From assembly GCA_043228905.1 (NCBI GenBank), contig JBHGNT010000010.1:12524001-12588000 (forward strand): a stretch of 64,000 nucleotides of DNA, in the 5' to 3' direction. The notes beneath the pieces are model-generated. The model ran no database searches and had not been told where the DNA came from. It saw only the letters and a list, made by a program, of their open reading frames with translations. Below are positions 12,470-26,982 of this stretch, one piece after another (positions within the stretch are counted from its first letter, which is position 1; each line of letters starts with the position of its first letter). A program made the translations under genes and the position numbers. The DNA comes from Azolla caroliniana (lineage: Eukaryota; Plantae; Polypodiophyta).

Positions 12470-14633
12470 GCGCAATATATAAATATTATTTATTTCTAAT
12501 CAATGATTACAATATTAAAAAGCACACAAGATGTGATCCATTGTAGTCTACTTGGTTAGATTACTCAGCTCTCACCCGAGAGACCCGGGTTCCACTCCCG
12601 ATAATGGAAAAGACAATATCATATATCAAATTTTGCAACAATATCATGTGTTAATTGTTTGATAACTCAAAAACTCAAGACCTAAAATAGGTGTTCCAAT
12701 AATGTACAATTAACAAAATAATCAATATTATGTTCGAAGGATTGATGCCGAACTTTACTTTGATTTGTTTCTCCTAACATGAATTTCTAAACTTACTCCC
12801 ATTCTTTGATTAATGGTAAATGTTTCAAATGAAATTGGACAAAACATAATGTTGTTCAAGAAAACAAAAAGATGTATATTTAGTTGTGGTTGTTCGTCAA
12901 CATTGGTAGGACAAATTAGTACATCAACAATTATAGTTTGGATAACTTGATACAATTTCAAACAATACGCATAGATTGCAGAATAATGGTCAACTGTCGA
13001 TAAGCATTGCTAAATGAATTCCATTGTAATCAAGTTGCCTCGAATCGTTGATTCTTACTCGAAACGCGATAGGAAAAACTAGATACATTATATATCATGA
13101 GTAACTGTGGCATCGATAAAAAGCCGTGAAATTATTAAATCTTAAAAACGACAGTGTGTTACAACAATCCTCAGCTTTTCATTGATGCTTAAGGAATGTA
13201 TAAATATTATTTATTACCAATCAATGATTAGAATATTAAAAAGTGCACAAGATGTGATCCATTGAAGTCTAGTTGGTTAGAATACTTGGCTCTCACCCGA
13301 GATACCGATGTTCATCTCCTGGCAATAGAAAGGACAATATCATATATAAAATTTTGTGACGCATGTCATGTGTTAACTGTTTGATAACTCAAAAACTCAA
13401 AACGTAAAGTAGTTACAATAATGTACAATTAATAAAATGAACTCAAAAACTCAAGCTCTAAAGTAGTCGTTAGAATAATGTACAATTAACAAACTAATCC
13501 AAATTATATTTAAAGGATTGATAATGAAGTTTGCTTTGATTTTTTTCTCCTCACATCAATTTCTAAACTTAATACGAATATTCAATTAATCATAGAGGTT
13601 TCAAATGAAATTTGACAAAACATTATGTTGTTCGGGACAAGAAGAAGAAATATATTTTGTCGTGGTGATTTCTCAACATGGTTACGACAAATTAGTACAC
13701 AGACAATTATAGTTTGGATAACTGGATAGAATTTCCAAAAATACGCATAGATTGTAGAATAATGGTGAACTCTCGATCAACATTGCACCAAATTTCTTTA
13801 TTTGAAGCAAACCACTAGAATATTATGTTTGAAGTATTGAAAATGTACTTTAATTTAATTTTTTCCTCCTAACATTAATTTCTAGACTTAATCCCATTAT
13901 TCAATTAATGGTCTAGGTTTCGAATGAAATTGCACCAAACATTATGTTAACAAGAAGCAGTACATCCAGTTGTGGTTATACCTAAACATTGCTACGATAA
14001 ATTAGTAAACCAACAAGTATAGTTTTGATAATTTAATACAATTTCAAAAAATACTCATAGATTGCAAAATACTGGTCAACTGTCGACAAGCATTGCACCA
14101 TGTTTCTTTATTTGTAGCAATGCACTAGAATAGTACATTAACTAATTCATTTACTAAATGAATTCCATTCTATTCAAGTTGCCTCGACTCGTTCATTTCC
14201 CCCCGAGATGCGCAGGTACAACCACATGCATAGGAAAAACTAGATACATCATAGATCATGAGTTAATTTGGCATCGATAAAAACCCGTGAAATTATTAAA
14301 TCTTAAAAACGAGAGTGTGTTAGAAAAATCTTCTGTTTCTTGTTGATGCTTGCGCAATATATGAATATTCTTTATTACTAATCAATGATTGCAATATTAA
14401 AAAGTGCACAAGATGTGATCCATTGTAGTCTAGTTGGTTAGAATGCTTGGCTCTCACACGAGAGACCCGGGTTCAACTCCTAGGAATAGATTGCACCAAC
14501 AATTATAGCTTGGATAACTTGATACAATTTCAAACAATACGCATTGATAGCAGAATAATGGTCAACTGTAGTAAAGCACTCGAATCTTACATTAACTAAT
14601 TCATTTACTAAATGAATTCCACTATAGTCTAGT
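12470..14633 (+). repeat. tRNA-Glu-derived satellite, block 2
   Basis: Resumes in register after element 1 (GCGCAATATATAAAT); tRNA-like copies at ~12537, ~13258, ~14420. Confidence 0.95.
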
Positions 14634-15057
14634 TGTCTGGAATAGTACTAAAGCAGAGATGGAATTAGTGCTAAGAAGAACAGTACTATTAGTACTAAGA
14701 GGACGGGACTGCGTAAGATTCCCGAGAGAGAGGAAGTGAGAAGAGGAGAGAGAGAGATAGGATGATGACAACAGCTCTTATATTATATGAAAGATAAGTA
14801 CAAATTGGCTAAGAGGCTTAAGACTGGTGTTGAACCAATTTGGTTCAAAACAATGCCTTGTGCCTCCTTTTATAGTGTTTTTAGGAATAATCCTGAAGCT
14901 TCTAGAATGTTCCAGAGAGATCTGGAATATACATCAATTTTCTATGATAAAGCATAAATAAAAATAGTATCCTACAAATTACAATTCATAGTCTAATGGT
15001 AAGAGCTCGACCCATGTAGCATAAGGTCATGGGTTCGAGTCTTGCCATATCATGACA
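14634..15057 (-). repeat. 3' LTR of element 2
   Basis: TGTCA...GACA termini; about 8 substitutions and 2 small indels versus 19757-20180 by eye. Confidence 0.95.
14989..15042 (+). promoter_or_regulatory. tRNA-like Pol III A-box/B-box module in the chromovirus LTR, antisense to the element (also ~20113-20165 and 61676-61729 on -)
   Basis: TAGTCTAATGG(TAAGA)...GGTTCGAGTCT; box starts 43 nt apart. Confidence 0.6.
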
Positions 15058-15068
15058 CTATCTCCCCC

Positions 15069-18000
15069 TTAAAGACGACGAGTGGAACGAGTCGGCGCTA
15101 ATTGTGGACCGGGTTTGTCCGGATACTTTCGGTGGAAATTGGCAAGAAGATCTTGTGCATTGGCAACATGCTGGACGGGTTCCCAAGTACGTTTGCTCAG
15201 ACTATAACCGAACCAATCGACCAAGTAATAAAGTTTGTTGCGAACAAGTTTGGAATCGAGGATGGCAGCAACTTCATACTTCGGGCCGGCGTCCAACTCC
15301 AGCGGGGGCGGCGGTGGTGTCACACGATCGGGAATGGTGTTTGCTTTATAAGGTTCAAGAAGAGAACAATGGAAAACCGGATGTATCTGAAGCTACAAAG
15401 GGAGATCAAGGCGGAAGGAGACATCATTAATCTTACCCGTAATACGGAAGGGACTGAGTCGTCGATAATCCAACTTGTCGCACGGTCGAGTAGTCTTGAT
15501 GTGACGACGTAAGAGCCATACTCGATCTCCGATGGCAAAAGAGGAGGGAATCCGATGACGATCCGCATAAGTCTTTTGTGTGTGTTGAGCATGATGAAGG
15601 TGAGTAGAGAGATCCATCTGGATCTTGCGTAGCCTCTCCAAATGATCCTCGGCACGAGGGTTGGTAGGTAGCTCCGGAGTGTCGATCACCGACCAGCGAG
15701 GATGAAAACCGGTATAAGCGAAAAATGGGGAGACCCGAGTCGAGGAGTGAATAGCATTATTATACGCAAACTCTGCAAAGTGGAGAATCTCAGCCCAATC
15801 GTCCTGTTGATAACTCAGCGTTTGGTTTGTTCGTTCCGCCTGCCCGTCGGTCTGAGGATGGTAGCCCGAGGAGAGGTTGCAGGAGACCTTGAGCATCTTG
15901 AAGAGATGCTGCCAAAATTTGGAGACGAATTGCGGGCCTCAGTCACTGATAATACTGTCTGAGAGGCCATGATGCCAAAATACCTCACGCATAACAAGAG
16001 CGGCGGTTTCCTCGCTAGTGATGGCTTTAGTACACGGCACAAAATGTGCCATCTTCGTGTATCGATCGACGACGGTTAGGATAGCATCAAACCCCTTCGA
16101 AACCGGCAGATCTGTGATAAAATCAAGACAAATAGACTGCCACGGCTTACTTGGAATCGGTAAGGGTTCCAAAAAGCCATATGGATGGTGTCGTGGCATC
16201 TTTGCTCGGCAGCAAGCATCACAGGTACGAACGTAGTCGTCAACAAAACGGCGCATGTGGGGCCACCAAAAAGATCGCTGCCCTAGCTCCAACATCTTAG
16301 TACTACCGAAATGTCCCGCGTATGGGTGTCGTGACAATGTTGGACGATTTGAAGGCGACAGGAGCAATCGGGGACATATACGCACTTTTTAAAGAATAAC
16401 AAACCATCATGATATTCGAATTGTCAGTAGTCAATACCTGGTTGTTGAGGCCGAGAACAGGATGCCCGAGAAGTATCAATGTGCACCAGGATGTCTTGAG
16501 CAAAACTATCCGTCTTCAAGGTTGCACGTATGTCATCGGTAATCCGTGAATCCATCGGGGTGTGAAAAATCCGTGTCGTGTGCAATCATGTTGGTCCCAA
16601 GATTACTTGCTTTTGATTATCAAAAGTTGCGTCACCGGGACGAGGTGCAAGATAGTGCATTTGCTTTTCCTTGCTGCTTCTCCGGTCGATATGTGATTTT
16701 GAAGTCGAAACGCGTGAGGAATTGCGCCCACCGAGCTTGCCGTCGATTTAGTACGCAAGCGTTTTGAAAATAAGCAAGATTTTTATGATCGCTAAAGACA
16801 ATGACCTGATGAGGAGAGCCCTCTAAGAGATGCCGCCATTGTACAAATGAATCCACGATGGCTAATAACTCCTTGTCATGTATTTCGTAGTTGATTTCTG
16901 CGACATCGAATTTGCGCGAATGGAAAGCCACCGGATGCAACTCTTCTTTATCGCCTTGTTGAGAAAGGATGCTACCGAGGGCGAAATCTGATGTGTCGGC
17001 CTCCATGATGAATGGTTTGCTTGTATCCACATGAGCTAGAATCGGTGCTGATGTAAAGGCTTTCTTAAGATGCCGAAAAGCCATATCTGCTTCTATGGAC
17101 CAAAGAAATGCTTGGCCCTTCTTCGTAAGTTGTGTGAGAGATAAAATAATCTTCGAGTAATCCTGTATAAACTTACGGTAGAAGTTAGCAAAACCTAGAA
17201 AACATTGTACATCTCGTATCGACTGTGGAATTTGCCACTCTAGTACAGTTTGGATTTTAGCTGGATCCATGGTGATGCCCTTTGAGGAGATGATGTAGCC
17301 TAGAAATTCCACTTGCTTGCAGCCAAAGCTACATTTTTCTAGCTTGGCATAAAGACCATTCTCACGGAGTCGCTTTAGTACTAATAGTACATGAGAATCG
17401 TGCTCTTCCTGGGTCTTCGAATAAATCAATAGATCATCCAGATAAATGATCAAACAGATATCCAAGAGGTCTCTGAATATATCATTTGCCATGTGTTGGA
17501 AGACTGCGGGTGCATTGGTTAGGCCAAACGGCATAACAGTATACTCGAAATGCCCATACCGCGTGCGAAAGGCGGTCTTCCACTCATCTCCCGGTCGGAT
17601 CTGCACGAGGTTATACGCTCCTCATAGGTCGATTTTAGTAAAAAACTTGGCACCATTAAGTCGCTCTAAAAAACTTGATATAAGAGGAAGTGCATACCTA
17701 TTCCGGATGGTGACTTTATTCAATCCGCGGTAATCAACGACAAGACGAAGTGAGCCATCTTTCTTCTTGACAAAGAAGATGGGTGCACCGACCGGAGATT
17801 TCGAATGGCGGATGAACCCTTTTGCGAAGTTCTCCTCTATGTAGGCTCGAAGGACTTCTAACTCGGTGGGTGACAAGTTGTAAATTGGTCCCCATGGTGG
17901 CTCGGTTCCTGGTTGTAAATCGATGGGACAGTCATAGGGACGGTGATGAGGAAGGGTACCGGCTTTTACCTTGTCAAATATATCGGCATAAGGATGATAT

Positions 18001-18537
18001 TTTGCCGGAAGTTGTACTGAGGAGTCCTTCTTGGGGTGAAATGGTCGAAACTTGGTGAGTTGATTCTTGGGGTGGTCGATATCAGACTTCTCTTGTTCTC
18101 CAATCTATGGCTGGATTATGTAATTCAAACCAAGGTAATCCTAGGACAATGGGATGCTCTGGACTACTAATTATATTAAATGATATTACACACACAAAAC
18201 TACCTAGGACAACCTGAATGGGTTCTGATTCTTCTACAATATTCCCGGAAGCAATGGGATGACCATCAATGACTACTACAGATGCAGGACAAGGAAGTTT
18301 TCTTAAGGATATCTGAGAAGCTTGGGCAAAATTTCGATCCATGAAACAGGAATTAGCTCTGGAATCTAAAAGTGCTAGGACGGGTACTGGGGGAGTACTT
18401 GTAGTACTAACAATGACTTGGGCTAGGAACACATTGCTAACTTGCTTGGAAGGAATGGAACCACTAATGGGCTGTACAGATCTAGGGCTGCTCTCCAACC
18501 AAACGGCTCCTATTTTGGCTGGACTCAATCGTTTAAC
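15069..18537 (-). pseudogene. pol: pol of element 2: protease-RT-RNase H-integrase-chromodomain (fragmented)
   Basis: LLDSRANSCF protease; KTAFRTRYGHFEYTVMPFGLTNAPA and IYLDDLLI RT; EADTSDFALG...ELLAIV RNase H; GHFG...CDAC, LDFITDLP, YHPQTDGQAER integrase; chromodomain YEVAAILDS...YYLVDWFGY...TWEP at 15069-15323. Confidence 0.95.
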
Positions 18538-19682
18538 TCTTCATCTAATTGACTAAGGATTTCAAATTTATTTGAGATACTTGGGCTATTAATACTATGA
18601 ATACTATCAAACACTCTATTAGTACTCTTAATACTATCAAACACTCCTGAGGGAAGAATTGACTCGGGTTTAGTACAGGCTACAATTTGATTTACCTGTC
18701 TTCTTGGCTTATGGGGACAATTGATTGCGATATTCCCTGGTCCACTGCAATAAAGACATAATCGATTTGCACGTCGTCGTTGCTTTTCTTCTTCCGATAA
18801 CGGGCCGCGTCGACGCATGGTATCGATCTCCATCGGTGTCGAAGTATTTGCTTGAAGTATGTCTCGTGCAAACGGTCTAGCCGCGACTGCGGCGTAAGTG
18901 GGCTCCGGCCTAGCGTGTGGTATCTGTAATTGACGTTTCGAACGCCGTTCGAAAAGGCGGTTGTCACATCGGACCGCTCGACTGATTGCCTCCGTAAGAT
19001 ACTTTGGTTCTTCGGGGAAGGTTAGAAGTAGATCTTTGACATCATTTCGTAGGCCATAGCGAAACTGCTCCATTAGTGCTTGATCATCCCAGGGTATGTC
19101 GGAAGCGAGTAAGCGGAAATCCGCCGCGTAGGCCGAGGCTGGACGATCGCCTTGACGCAATCGCCGGATCTTGTTGATCGTCGTCCTGATGTTGTCGGTG
19201 TCTCCAAAGCAGGCTTTGAACTCACTAATAAAATCTTCAAAGTTATTAAGCAAGGGCGATTGTTTTTCTAGAAGCGGAGCAAACCATGCTAAGGCTGAGC
19301 CGCTAAGCAACGTGCCTATTAAGCCGACTCGGGATGCATCAGTGGGCTATCGGGAAGGATGCATTTAGAGGACTAATCGTACCTGATTAAGGAATCCCCT
19401 GAATTGCGATCGCGTTCCATCAAATTTCACAGGAAGTCCAATCTTCGGCTCTTTATGAAATCCTTGGGGACTTGATCCTTGTTGTTGCAATGCCACTTCG
19501 AGTTGTTGCACCCGTAACGCTAACTCCCCATGTTGTTACTGCGTTTGTTGCTTTTCTAGAGCGATTTGTTGCAGATCCCCTATCAGCCGTTGGTTTTCTT
19601 GTTCCAGGGCAACAAACTTTTCTTTTAGGCACTGTAACTCGGAGAAAACGGATTGATATTCTTGGGCACTAACAGTAGCCAT
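18525..19682 (-). pseudogene. gag: gag of element 2 (disrupted in the 5' part)
   Basis: Retrotransposon gag (LSGSALAWF...LRQGDRPASAYAADF...FRYGL), PMEID motif, knuckle CLYCSGPGNIAINC (H to N); colinear with 62173-63330. Confidence 0.92.
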
Positions 19683-19756
19683 AGTAGAGGGACAAGGGTA
19701 GGAGGATGAGGGAGAACGACAAGTAGGCTGGAGGAAAGAAAAAAATTGGTTCCATC

Positions 19757-20180
19757 TGTCAGGAATAGTACTAAAGCAGAGATGGAATTAGTACTAAGAA
19801 GAACAGTACAATTAGTACTAAGAGGACGGGACTGCGTAAGATTCCCGAGAGAGAGGAAGTGAGAAGAGGAGAGAGAGAGAGATAAGATGATGACAACAGC
19901 TCTTATATTATATGAAAGATAAGTACAAATCAGCTAAGCGGCTTAAGACTGGTGTTGAACCAATTTGGTTCAAAACAATGCCTTGTGCCTCCTTTTATAG
20001 TGTTTTTAGGAATAATCCTGAAGCTTCTAGAATGTTCCAGAGAGATCTGGAATATACATCAATTTTCTATGATAAAGCATAAATAAAAATAATATCCTAC
20101 AAATTACAATTCAGTCTAATGGTAAGAGCTCGACCCATGTAGCATAAGGTCATGGGTTCGAGTCTTGCCATATCATGACA
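19757..20180 (-). repeat. 5' LTR of element 2
   Basis: Direct repeat of 14634-15057, followed by TSD CTAGT at 20181-20185. Confidence 0.95.
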
Positions 20181-20424
20181 CTAGTTGGTTCAGATACTTG
20201 TTTTTTACACGAGACTCCCGGGTACAACAATTGGCATGGGAAAAACTAAATACATCATAGATCATGAGTTAATATCTCATCGATAAAAACCCTTGAAATT
20301 ATTAAATCTTAAAAACGAGAGTGTGTTAGAATAATCCTCAGTTTCTCGTTAATACTTGCACAATCTATAAATATTATTTATTACTAATCAATGATTGCAA
20401 TATTAAAAAGTACACTAGATATGA

Positions 20425-20497
20425 TCCATTGTAGTCTAGTTGGTTAGGATACTTGGCTTTCACCCGAGAGACCCGGGTTTAACTCCCGGCAATGGAA
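20425..20497 (+). pseudogene. tRNA-Glu-like copy, TTC anticodon
   Basis: All stems can pair (one G-U), but the T-loop is TTTAACT (C56 to T), which damages the B box. Confidence 0.7.
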
Positions 20498-23400
20498 ACG
20501 ACAATATCATATATAAAATTTCCGACGTATATCATGTGTTAATTGTTTGATAACTTCCGGGTACAACAATAGGCATTGGAAAAACTAGAGACATCATAGA
20601 TCATGAGGTAATGTCGCATCGATAAAAACTTTTCAAATTATTAAATCTTAAAAATGACAGCGTGTTAGAATAATCCTCAGTTTCTCGTTGATGCTTGCCC
20701 AATATATCAATATCACTTATTACTAATCTATGATTGCAATATATCTATACACAAGATAGGATCCATTGTACTCTAGTTGGTTGCGCAATAAATAAATATT
20801 ATTTATTACCAATCAATGATTTATCACTAATCAATAATTGCAATATTAAAAAGTGTACCAGATGTTATCCATGGAAGTCTAGTTGGTTAGAATACTCGGC
20901 TCTCACACGAGAGACACGGGTTTAACTCCCGGCAATGAAAACGACAATATCATATATTAAATTTCTGAGGCATATATTGTGTTAACTGTTTGATAACTCA
21001 AATACTCAAGACCTCAAGTAGATGTTACAATAATGTACAATTAACTAAATAATCAATATTATGTTTGAAGGATTGATGACGAACATTGCTTTCCTTTTTT
21101 TCTCCTAACATCAATTTCTAAACTTAATCCCATTATTCAATTAATAGTAGAGGTTTCAAATGAAATTTGACAAAATATTATTATGTTCGGGAAAAGGAGA
21201 ACCAATATATTTAGTCGTGGTTATTTCTCAACATTATTACGACAAACTAGTACACCAAGAATTATAGTTTGGATAACTTGATACAATTTCTAAAAATACG
21301 CATAGATTATCGAGTAATGGTGAATTCTGGCTGACATGGCACCATGTTTCTTTATTTGAAGTAAAGCACTAGAATATTACAATAACTAATATATTTACTA
21401 AATGAATTCCATTGTAGTCTAGTTGGTTTGGATCATTGTGTTTTACACAAGACTCCCAAGTACATCAATTGGCATGAGAAAAACTAGATACATCATAGAT
21501 CATGAGTTAATATCGCATCGATAAAAACCCTTGAAATTATTAAATCTTAAAAACGAGAGTGTGTTCGAATAATCCTCAGTTTCTCGTTGATGCTTGCGCA
21601 ATATATAAATTATATTTATTACTAATCAATGATTGCAATATTAAAAAGTACAGAAGATATGATCCATTGTAGTCTAGTTGGTTAGGATACTCGGATTTCA
21701 CCTGAGAGACCCGTGTTCAAGTCCCGCCAATAGAAACGACAATATCATATATTAAATTTCCGACGCATATGATGTTTTAATTGTTTGATAACTCAAAAAC
21801 TCAAGATTATGTTTGAAGGATTGATGATGAACTTTCCTCGATCAAGATTCCAAAAATACGCATTGATTGTCAAATAATGGTGAATTCTCGATTATCATTG
21901 CACCATGTTTGTTTATTTGAACGAAAGCACTTGAATATTACATTAACCAATTCATTTACTAAATGAATTCCATTGTAGTCTAGTTCGTTCAGATCCTTGT
22001 TTTTTACACAAGACTCCCGGGTACAACAATAGGCATTGGAAAAACTACATAAATTATAGATGATGAGGTAATGTCGCATCGATAAAAACCGTTGAAATTA
22101 TTAAATATTAAAAACGAGAATGTGGTTACGACAAATTAGTACACCAACAATTATAGTTTGGATAACTTGATAGAATTTCCAAAAATATGCATAGATTGTA
22201 CAATAATGGTGAACTCTCGATCAACATTGCACCATATTTCTTTATTTGAAGCAAAACAATAGAATATTACATTAACTAATTCATTTACTAAATAAATTCC
22301 ATTGTGGTCTAGTTGGTTCGGATCCTCGTTTTTTTACGCATAGATTGCAGAATTATGGTCAACTATCGAGAGACCCGGGTTCAACTCCCACCAATAGAAA
22401 AGACAATATCATATATCATATTTTGCGACGCATGTCATGTGTTAAGTGTTCGATAACTGAAAAATTAAAGACCTCAAGTAGTGGTTACAATAATGTACAA
22501 TTAACAAAATAATCAATATTATGTTTGAAGGATTGATAAAGAACTATACTTTGATTTTTTTCTCCTAACATTAATTTCTAAACTTAATCCCATTATTCAA
22601 TTAAAAGGAGAGGTGTCAAATGAAATTTGACATAACATTATGTATTTCGGGACAAGAAAAAGCAATATATTTAGTCGTGGTTATTCCTCAATATCGTTAC
22701 GACAAATTAATACACCGACAATTATAATTTGGGTAGCTTGATACAATTTCCAAAAATACGCATAGATTGTAGAATTATAGTGAACTCTTGATGATCATTG
22801 CACCATGTTTCTTTATTTGAAGCAAGGCACTAGAATATTACATTAACTAATTCATTTACTCAATGAATTCCATTGTAGTCTAGTTGGATCAGATCCTTGT
22901 ATTTTACACGAGACTCCTGGGTACATCAATTGGCATTGGGAAAACTATATACATCATAGATCATGATATACTGTGGCATTGATAAAAACCCTTGAAATTA
23001 TTAAATCTTAACAACGAGAGTGTGTTAGAATAATCCTCTGTTTCTCATTGATGCTTGTGAAATATATAATAATTATTTATTATTACTCAATGATTGCAAT
23101 ATTAAAAAGTGCAAAAGATGTGATCCATTATAGTCTAGTTGTTTAGGATACTCGACTCTCACCCGAGAGACCCGGGTTCAACTTCCGGCAATGGAAACGA
23201 CAATATCATATATTAAATTTCCCATGCATATGATGTGCTAACTATTGGATAATATAGAAACTCAAGATCAAGATCTAAAGTAGTTGTTACAATAATGTAC
23301 AATTAACAAAATAAACAATATTATGTCTGAAGTATTGATGAGTAACTTTACCTTGATTTTTTTCTCGTAACATCAATTTCTAAAGTTAATCCAATTATTC

Positions 23401-26400
23401 AATTAATGGTAGAGGTTTCAAATGAAATTGGACAAAACATTATGTTTTTCAGGACAACAAGAAGCAGTAGATTAAAGTGGGGTTATTCCTTAACATTGTT
23501 ATGTCAAATTACTACAACAACAATTATAGCTTGGATAACTCGATACAATTTGAAACAATACGCAGAATAATGGTCAACTGTCGACAAGCATTGCACATGT
23601 TTCTTTATTTGTAGGAAAGCACTACAATAGTACATTAACTAATTCATTTACTAAATGAATTCCATTGTAATCAAGTTGCCTCGAACCATTCATTTTTACC
23701 CGAGACGTGTGGGTAGAAGAATAGGCATAGGAGAAACTAGATACATCATAGATCATGAGTTAATTTGGCATCGATGAAAACCCGTGAAATTATTAAATTT
23801 TAAAAATAAGAGTGTGTTAGAATAATCCTCTGTTTCCCGTTGATGCTTGCACAATATATAAATATTATTTATTACTAATCAATGATTGCAATATTAAAAA
23901 CTGCACAAGACGTGATCCATTGCAATCTTGTTGGTTAGAATACTCGGCTCTCACACGAGAGACCCCGGTTCAACTCTTGCGAATAGAAAGGACAATATCA
24001 TATATCAAATTTTGCGACGCATGTCATGTCTGAACAATTTGATAATGGAGAAACTCAAGACCTAAAGTAGTTACAATAATGTACGATTAACAAAATAATC
24101 AATATTATGTTTGAAAGATTGATAAAGAACTTTACTTTGATTTTTTTCTCTTAACATCAATTTCTAAACTTAATCACATTATTCAATTAATAGTAGAGGT
24201 TTCAAAAGGAGAGTGTGTTAGAATAATCCTCTGTTTCTCGTTGATGCTTGCGCAATATATAAATATTATTTATTACTCATCAATGATTGCAATATTAAAA
24301 AGTGCACAAGATGTGATCCATTGGAGTATAGTTGGTTAGAATACTCGACTCTCACACGAGAAACCCGGGTTCAACTCCCGGGAATATAAAGGACAATATC
24401 ATATATCAAATTTTGCACCATGTTTCTTTATTTGTAACAAAGGACTAGAATGGTATAACAACTAATTCATTTACTAAATGAATTCCATTGTAATCAAGTT
24501 GCCTTGGATGCACGACTATAAGTAGATATATCATATATTATGAGTTAATGTGGCATCGATAAAAACCCTTGAAATTATTAAATCTTAAAACCGAGAGTGT
24601 GTTAGAATAATCGTCAGTTTTTCATTCATGGTTGCGAAAAATATATATATTATTATTTTCTAATGAATGATTGCAATAATAGAAAGCAGAGAAGATGTAA
24701 TCCATTGTAGTCTAGTTGTTTAGAATACTCCGTTCCTACCCAAGAGAACCGGGTTCAACTCCCGTCAATGGATACATCATAGCTCATGAGTTAATTTGGC
24801 AACGATAGAAACCCGTGAAATTATTAAAACTTAAAAACGAGACCGTGTTAGAATAATCTTATGTTTCTCGTAGATGCTTGCACAATATATAAATTTTTTT
24901 TTTTTTTTTCTTCTAACATGAATTTCTAAACTTAATCCCATTATTCAATTAATGCTACACCTTTCAAATGAAATTTGACAAAACATTACGTTGTTCGAGA
25001 TAACAAGAAGAAGTATATTTAGTTCTGGTTATTCCACAACTTTTTTACAACCAATTATTTCTTTATTTCTAACAAAGGACTAAAATGGTACATTAACTAA
25101 GTCATTTACTAAATGAATACCATTGTAATCAAGTTGCATTAGATCCTTGCTTTTTACCTAAGACGCCTAGGTACAAGTAGATATATCCTATATCATGAGT
25201 TAATATGGCATCGATAAAAACCCTTGAAATTATTAAATCTTAAAAACAGCAGTGTGTTAGAATAATCATTAGTTTTTCGTTGATACCTGTGAAATATATA
25301 AATATTATTAATTTCTAATCAATGATAGCAAGATTAAAAAGCACACAAGATGTGATCCACGATAGTCTAGTTGGTTAGGATACTCGGATTTCACCTGAGA
25401 GACCCGAGTTCAACTCTCGACAATGGAAACGACACTATCATATATTAAATTTCTGACGCATATCAGGTGTTAACTGTTTGATAACTCAAAAACTCAAGTC
25501 GTAAAGTAGGTGTTACAATAATGTACAATTAACAAAATAATCAATATTATGTTTGAACGATTGATGACGAACTTTACGTTGATTTTCTTCTCCTAACATC
25601 AATTTCTAAACTTCATTCCATTATTCGATTAATGGTAGAGGTTTCAAAAGAAATTGGACAAAATATTATGTTGTTCGGGACAACACGAAGAAGAAAATAT
25701 TATGTGGTTATTCCTCAACATTATTACAGTAAATTAGTACACCACCAATTATAGTTTAGATAACTTGATTCAATTTCAAACAATACGCATAGATTGCAGA
25801 ATAATGTTCAACTGTCGACAAGCATGGTACCATTTTTTTATATTTGTGGCATAGCACTGGAATAGTACATTCACTAACTCATTTACTAAATGAATTCCAT
25901 TGTAATCAAGATGCCTCGAATCGTTGATTTTTACCCGAGACGTGTGGGTACAAGTACAGGCATAGGAAAAACTAGATACATCATAGCTCATGAGTTAGTT
26001 TGGCAACGATAAAAACCGGTGAACTTATTAACTCTTAAAAACGAGAGTGTGTTAGAATAATCCTCTGTTTCTCGTTGATGCTTGCGCATTACATAAATAT
26101 TATTTATTACTAATCCATGATCGCAATATTAAAAAGTGGAGCAGATCTGATCGATTGTAGTCTAGTTGGATAGAATACTTGACTCTGACCCGATAGACCC
26201 GTGTTCAACTCTCGGGAATAGAAAGGACCATATCATATATTACATTTCCGACGCATATCATCTGTCATCTGTTTGATAACTGAATAACTCAAGACCTAAA
26301 GTAGGTGTTACAATACTGTACAATTAACAAAATAATCAATATTATGTTTGAAGGATGTATAAGGAACTTTACTTTGAATTTTTTCTCGTAACATCAATTT

Positions 26401-26982
26401 CTAAACTTACTCCCATTACTCGATTAATGATAGAGGATTCAAATGAAATTGGACAAAACATTATGTTGTTCGCGATAACAAGAAGCAGTATATTTAGTTG
26501 TGGTTATTCCTCAACATCGTTACGATAAATTAGTACACCAAACATTATAGTTAGGATAACTTGATACAATTTCAAACAATACGCATAGATTGTAGAATAA
26601 TGGTCAACTGCCGATGTGTATTCCACCATGTTTCTTTATTTGTAAGAAAGGACTAGAATGGTACATTAACTAAATTCCATTGTAATTTAATTGCCTTGGA
26701 TCCTTGCGTTTTACCTGGGACGCCCGGGTACAAGTAGATATATCATATATCATGAGTTAATGTGTTATCAATAAAAACCCTTGAATTTATTAAATCTTAA
26801 AAACGAGAGTGTGTTAGAATAATCCTCAATTTTTCGTTGATGCTTTCACAAAATATAAATAATATTTATTTCTAATCAACGATTGTAATATTACAAAGCA
26901 CACAAAATGTGATCCATTGTACTCTAGTTGGTTATTAAAAACTAATCAATGATTGCAATATTAAAAACTACACAAGATGTGA

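Larger units (their letters stand above)
14634..20180 (-). mobile_element. Full-length Ty3/gypsy chromovirus (Tcn1-like), decayed
   Basis: 424-bp LTRs 14634-15057 and 19757-20180, 5-bp TSD CTAGT, gag-PR-RT-RH-IN-chromodomain on the minus strand, PPT AGGGGGAGATAG. Confidence 0.95.
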
